From the NCBI GenBank assembly GCA_020632925.1, contig JACKER010000007.1:1-52909 (forward strand): 52,909 nucleotides of DNA, read 5' to 3'. A program made the position numbers and the translations under genes. The notes beneath the pieces were generated by a model. That model did no database searches, was not told where the DNA came from, and worked only from the letters and a program-made list of their open reading frames with translations. Shown piece after piece: positions 48,546 to 52,909 of the stretch (positions within the stretch are counted from its first letter, which is position 1; each line of letters starts with the position of its first letter). This DNA is from Alphaproteobacteria bacterium (GTDB lineage: Bacteria > Myxococcota_A > UBA796 > GCA-2862545).

Positions 48546-51500
48546 ATGGCGCGCGGCGACGGTGTCATCGCCCTGGTCGGTGTGGGCTGCCGCCTGCCCG
48601 GAGGGGTCGCCGATCTCCGAGGGGCCCGACGCCTGTTCGCGGAGGGGCGCGACGTGGTGGGCGAGGGTCCGGCGCGCTGGCGGGTGGCGGAGCGCACGCC
48701 CTCGGGTCGGCCGGTCCCCCGAGAGGGCGCGTTCCTGGACGAGGTCGACCGGTTCGATGCCGAGCTCTTCGGCCTCTCGGCGCGCGAGGCGACCGCGCTG
48801 GACCCGCAGCAGCGGCTGGTGCTCGAGCAGTCCTGGGCGGCGCTCGAGCACGCCGGCATCGCGCCGGACAGCCTCGACGGGGCACGCGCCTCGGTGACGT
48901 TGGGGATGGGGCTCACGGACTGGGAGCGGCGGACGCTGTCCTCGGGCGAGCCCTCGCGCCTCGACGCCTGGACGGGGACGGGCGTGTTCGACAGCGTCGC
49001 CGCGGGCCGCGTGGCGTACGCGCTGGGCCTGCGCGGGCCGGCGATGGCGGTGCACACGGCCTGCTCCTCGTCGCTCGTGGCGCTGCACCTCGCCGTCCGC
49101 CAGCTCCGCGCGGGCGAGGTGGACCTGGCGCTCGCGGGCGGCGTGAACCTGCTGCTGGCGCCCGAGCCGAGCGTCGTGTTCGCGGAGATGGGCGCCCTGT
49201 CGACGAGCGGGCGCTGCCGCACGTTCGACGCCGACGCCGACGGGTACGTGCGGGGCGAGGCCGTCGTGATGCTCGTGCTCGAGCGCCTGCACGACGCCCT
49301 GCGCCACGGACACCGCGTGCTCGCCACCGTCCTCGGCACGGCCGTCAACCAGGACGGGCGCACGCACACGCTGACGGCGCCGAGCCCGCGCGCCCAGGCG
49401 GACGTGATCCGCGAGGCGCTGCACGACGCTCGCCTGTCGCCCGACGAGGTGGGCTACGTCGAGGCGCACGGCACGGGCACGCCGCTCGGCGACCCGATCG
49501 AGATCGAGGGCCTGAGCGCGGCCTTCGCTGGCGGATCCACGCCGTTGTACGTCGGGTCTGCGAAGACGGTGTGCGGCCACACGGAGGCCGCCGCGGGCGC
49601 GGTGGGCGTCCTGCGCGCGCTCACGGCGCTCGACGGCCGGGTGCCGCCGCACCTGCACCTGCGGACGCCGAGTCCGCGGCTGGCGACAGCGGGCACGCGG
49701 CTGGTCCCCGGGGGCGGCGGGCAGGACTGGGACGCCCGGTTCGCCGGGGTGAGCAGCTTCGGGCTGTCGGGCACCAACGCACACGTCGTGCTGGGCCGTG
49801 GCACGGCGCCGGAGCACACGACGGTGCGCGGACCCGTGCTGGTGGGCCTCTCGGGGGCGACGGCCGAGGCGGTGGCCGCCCGCGCGCGCCAGGTGGCGGC
49901 AGCGGTGGACGACGGGCAGCCGCTGGTCGAGGTCGCGCGCGCGGCCACGGAGGGGCGGGCGGCGCTGCGGTACCGGGCGTTCCGGGTGGTCGAGGAGGGC
50001 GACGCGCTCGACGGCGACTGGCCGGTCACTGGGGTGCGCTCCGCGAGGCCGGTGGTGTGGGCCTTCGGGGGCCAGGGCTCCCAGGTGGCGGGCGCCGGTC
50101 GTGCGTTGCACGAGGCGTACCCGGTGTTCCGCGAGGCCGTGGAGCAGGTGGACGCGCTCGCGGTGGAGGAGGGGGCGGACGGCGTGCTGCGCGCGCTGCT
50201 GGACCCGGACGCGCCCGTCGACGAGACGTCGGTGGCCCAGCCGGCCCTCTTCGCGCTGGGCTTCGGGCTGGCGGCGCTGCTGCGCTCCTTCGGCCTCGTG
50301 CCCGACGCGGTCCTCGGCCACTCGGTGGGCGAGCTGGTGGCGGCGACCGTCGCCTCCGCCATCGACCTGCCGGACGCGGTGCGGCTGGTGGTCGCCCGTG
50401 GTCGCTTGCTGGGCGCGCTCCCCACGGGCGGCGTGATGGTGGCGCTGCGCTGCTCGGAGGACGCGCTGCGGACGGTGCTGCCGGCGGGTGCCCCGGTGGA
50501 CCTGGCGGCGGTCAACGGCCCCGAGGACGTCGTGGTCTCGGGCGCGGCGGACGCGGTGGACGCGGTGCTCCGCGCGCTGCCCGGCGTGGAGCACACCCGC
50601 CTGCGCGTGTCGCACGCGTTCCACTCGCCGCTCGTCGACGCGGCGGTGGGTCCCCTGCGCGAGGTGGCGGCGACCCTCGGCCTGCGCGCGCCCGCGGTGC
50701 CGCTGTACAGCACGCTCACGGGGGCCGCCTGCGACGCCGCGCTCGCCGATCCCGACCACTGGGCGCGCCACCTGCGGGCGCCGGTGCGCTTCGCGGACGC
50801 CGTGCGGGCGGCCACCGAGGACGGTCTGTCGGACTTCGTGGAGCTCGGAGCGCGGCGGGTCCTGGCACCCGTCGGCCTCCGGGCCGCGCCGACGAGCCGC
50901 TGGTGGACGGCCCTGCGGGAGGGGGCGGACGAGCTCCGGGGGGTGGCGGAGCTGCTGGGTGAGCTCTTCGTCGCCGGTCACCGGCCCGTCGTCGGCACAT
51001 CGTACCGCGGTGGCGCCCGTGGCGAGCTGCCCAGCTACCCCTTCGCGCGCACGCGGTACTGGCTCGAGCCGGTCGCCGCCCCCGGGGCGGTGCGGGCAGC
51101 CTTCGCGGTCGAGGAGGAGGAGCTCCCGCCGGTGCCCACGGAGCGCACCGAGGGCGTACGGGTCGTGGAGGACCCGGTCCTCGGGCAGGCGGCCGCCGGG
51201 CGCCTCGCCACCGAGCGGCTCGCGGGCGCCGCGCCTCGCCTGGTGATCGTGCCGCCCGGGGGCGACCCGCGCCCGGCCCTGGGGCTCGACGAGGACGAGG
51301 TCCGCATCGACGATGAGGGACGCATCTTGGCGCCACGGCTGGTCACCGACGGCACGCTGCTCCCGCCCGTCCGCCTGGACCCGACGCTGCCCGTCCTGGT
51401 CACGGGAGGCAGCGGGCACCTGGGTCGCGCGCTGGTGGAGGCGCTGACCCGAGCAGGTGCCGGTCGCGTCGTGGTGGCGTCGCGGTCGGGCGGGCGGCAG

Positions 51501-52909
51501 GTCGACGTGGCGGACCCCGAGGCCGTCGCGGCGCTGGCGAGCGAGCCCTGGGGAGCGGTGATCCACGCGGCGGGGCGGGTGGAGGACCCCTGGCCGGTGA
51601 AGGTGGACGCGCTGCGCGTGCTCGCGGAGCGGCTCCCGCCCGAGGTGCCGCTGGTGGCGGTGGGCAGTGTGGCCGGCTGGTGGGGGTCGCCCGGGCTCGC
51701 GGACTACGGAGCGGCCAACCGCGCGATGGAGGCGCTGATCGCGGCGCGTCGGCGAGCCGGGGGACGAGGTGCGGTGGCGGTGCTGGGGCCGATCGCCGGC
51801 GGCGGGCTCGTCTCGGCCGAGGAGCTCGCGGGCTTCGCGCGGTCCGGCGTGGGCGCGCTGCCGGTGGAGGAGGCGGCCGTCGGGGTGGTGGCGGCGCTCG
51901 GGGCGTCGCGGACGCTGGTCTTCGGGCGCTTCGACCTCGAGCGCCTGGTGCCGGTCCTGGAGGCTCGGGGTCGTCGGTCGCTGTGGGACCGGGTGCGCCC
52001 ACGGGCGCCGGTGGTGGCGCCGGCGCCGGTCGCCGACGTGCGTGCCGTCGTGGTCCGCGAGGTGCGCGCCGTGCTCGGGCGGGCGAGCGGGCCCGACCCG
52101 ACCGTGGGGCTCTTCGAGCTCGGGCTCGACAGCGTGCTCGCCGTGGAGCTCGCCGAGCGGCTGCAGCGCGCGCTCGGGCGGCCGGTCGCGCCCACGGCGG
52201 CCTTCGACCACCCGACGGTCGACGCGCTCGTGGCGGCCCTCTCGGGGGCGGTGGCGGTGCCGGAGGCGCCTCGCTCGCGGCGGGCGGACGATCCGCCGGT
52301 GGTGGTGGGTTTCGCCTGCCGGCTCCCGGGTGCCGCGGACGCTGACGCCCTGTGGGCCCTGCTGCGCGACGGCGTGGACGCGGTGGGCCCGGTCCCGTCC
52401 GATCGGTGGTCCGTGGCGGACTGGCCCGACACGCCGCGCGAGGGTGGGTTCCTCGCGGACGTGGCGGGCTTCGACGCGGCGGCCTTCGGCATGGGTCACG
52501 CGGAGGCGGCCCACCTCGACCCCCAGCAGCGGCTGTTGCTCGAGCTGGCCGAGGAGGCGCTGGGGCACGCCGGCATCGCGCCGGACACGCTGGAGGGCGA
52601 GCGCGGCGCCGTGATGGTGGGCATCGGGCGCTCCGAGTACTGGGACCGCGACCGCGACCCCGCCGCCGACGGGTACGCCTGGGCCGGGACGGGCAACGAC
52701 ACGAGCTTCGCGGCGGGGCGGCTGGCGCACGCGCTGGGCCTGCGCGGGCCTGCGATGGCGGTGAACACGGCGTGTTCCTCGTCGCTCGTCGCGCTGCACC
52801 TGGCCTCGCGCGCGCTGCGGGACGGGGAGGCCGAGCTAGCACTCGTCGGCGGGGCGAACGTGCTCGCGTCTCCGGAGGCCGGCGCCTGGTTGCGACGGGT
52901 GGGCGCGCT
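48546..52909 (+). CDS. modular type I polyketide synthase, 5' part (KS-AT-KR-ACP-KS...), continues beyond the window
   Basis: Manual in-frame translation from ATG 48546 shows no stop to the window end. KS1 (GCRLPGGV...TACSSSL...HGTGT...GHTEAAAG), AT (GHSVGE, AFHS), KR (VLVTGGSGHLGRAL; YGAAN), ACP (LGLDSV), KS2 (TACSSSLVALHLA). It is not in the ORF track because it has no stop codon in the window. Confidence 0.9.
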   Translation, partial: MARGDGVIALVGVGCRLPGGVADLRGARRLFAEGRDVVGEGPARWRVAERTPSGRPVPREGAFLDEVDRFDAELFGLSAREATALDPQQRLVLEQSWAALEHAGIAPDSLDGARASVTLGMGLTDWERRTLSSGEPSRLDAWTGTGVFDSVAAGRVAYALGLRGPAMAVHTACSSSLVALHLAVRQLRAGEVDLALAGGVNLLLAPEPSVVFAEMGALSTSGRCRTFDADADGYVRGEAVVMLVLERLHDALRHGHRVLATVLGTAVNQDGRTHTLTAPSPRAQADVIREALHDARLSPDEVGYVEAHGTGTPLGDPIEIEGLSAAFAGGSTPLYVGSAKTVCGHTEAAAGAVGVLRALTALDGRVPPHLHLRTPSPRLATAGTRLVPGGGGQDWDARFAGVSSFGLSGTNAHVVLGRGTAPEHTTVRGPVLVGLSGATAEAVAARARQVAAAVDDGQPLVEVARAATEGRAALRYRAFRVVEEGDALDGDWPVTGVRSARPVVWAFGGQGSQVAGAGRALHEAYPVFREAVEQVDALAVEEGADGVLRALLDPDAPVDETSVAQPALFALGFGLAALLRSFGLVPDAVLGHSVGELVAATVASAIDLPDAVRLVVARGRLLGALPTGGVMVALRCSEDALRTVLPAGAPVDLAAVNGPEDVVVSGAADAVDAVLRALPGVEHTRLRVSHAFHSPLVDAAVGPLREVAATLGLRAPAVPLYSTLTGAACDAALADPDHWARHLRAPVRFADAVRAATEDGLSDFVELGARRVLAPVGLRAAPTSRWWTALREGADELRGVAELLGELFVAGHRPVVGTSYRGGARGELPSYPFARTRYWLEPVAAPGAVRAAFAVEEEELPPVPTERTEGVRVVEDPVLGQAAAGRLATERLAGAAPRLVIVPPGGDPRPALGLDEDEVRIDDEGRILAPRLVTDGTLLPPVRLDPTLPVLVTGGSGHLGRALVEALTRAGAGRVVVASRSGGRQVDVADPEAVAALASEPWGAVIHAAGRVEDPWPVKVDALRVLAERLPPEVPLVAVGSVAGWWGSPGLADYGAANRAMEALIAARRRAGGRGAVAVLGPIAGGGLVSAEELAGFARSGVGALPVEEAAVGVVAALGASRTLVFGRFDLERLVPVLEARGRRSLWDRVRPRAPVVAPAPVADVRAVVVREVRAVLGRASGPDPTVGLFELGLDSVLAVELAERLQRALGRPVAPTAAFDHPTVDALVAALSGAVAVPEAPRSRRADDPPVVVGFACRLPGAADADALWALLRDGVDAVGPVPSDRWSVADWPDTPREGGFLADVAGFDAAAFGMGHAEAAHLDPQQRLLLELAEEALGHAGIAPDTLEGERGAVMVGIGRSEYWDRDRDPAADGYAWAGTGNDTSFAAGRLAHALGLRGPAMAVNTACSSSLVALHLASRALRDGEAELALVGGANVLASPEAGAWLRRVGA

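Overview
This is a high-GC (~70%) window with lipoprotein-rich chromosomal genes and a modular PKS at the 3' end, consistent with a myxobacterium-like delta-proteobacterium. The main structure is a ~24.3-kb integrative genomic island at ~2760..27045, inserted into the 3' end of ychF. A 17-bp direct repeat (ACATTGAACCGGAAGTG) at 2760-2776 and 27029-27045 marks attL and attR. Tandem GTGATCCAC arm-type repeats lie just inside both ends, and a tyrosine integrase abuts attR. Reading right to left, the island carries a tyrosine integrase, a small serine recombinase, a HEPN-motif protein in a low-GC patch, an AlpA-like excisionase, and a large replicase that fuses a family-A (PolA-like) polymerase core to an SF3 (P4/D5-type) helicase, with an RHH protein upstream. 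Its cargo is a single-HKD PLD-family nuclease (649 aa), a complete type I R-M system (hsdM-hsdS-hsdR plus a DUF45/YgjP peptidase), an AAA+ ATPase + S8 subtilase pair (ietAS-like) followed by a small RBS-equipped ORF, and a hypothetical gene. It also holds a complete IS5-family IS (18-bp perfect TIRs with CTAG flanks) sitting 64 bp upstream of an RHH-antitoxin-like gene that overlaps (GTGA) an unrecognised 101-aa partner. The left chromosomal flank encodes an AraC regulator, a cyclophilin-like secreted protein and a small membrane protein. The right flank encodes ychF, glutamine synthetase, an S41 peptidase, nitronate monooxygenase, creatininase-family, EEP-lipoprotein, the frmA-fghA formaldehyde detox pair, a PhoX-like lipoprotein, DegP/HtrA, a J-domain protein, a batA/batB-like VWA pair, and the start of a type I PKS (KS-AT-KR-ACP-KS...) that runs off the window. 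Many long antisense ORFs in the track are high-GC artefacts.
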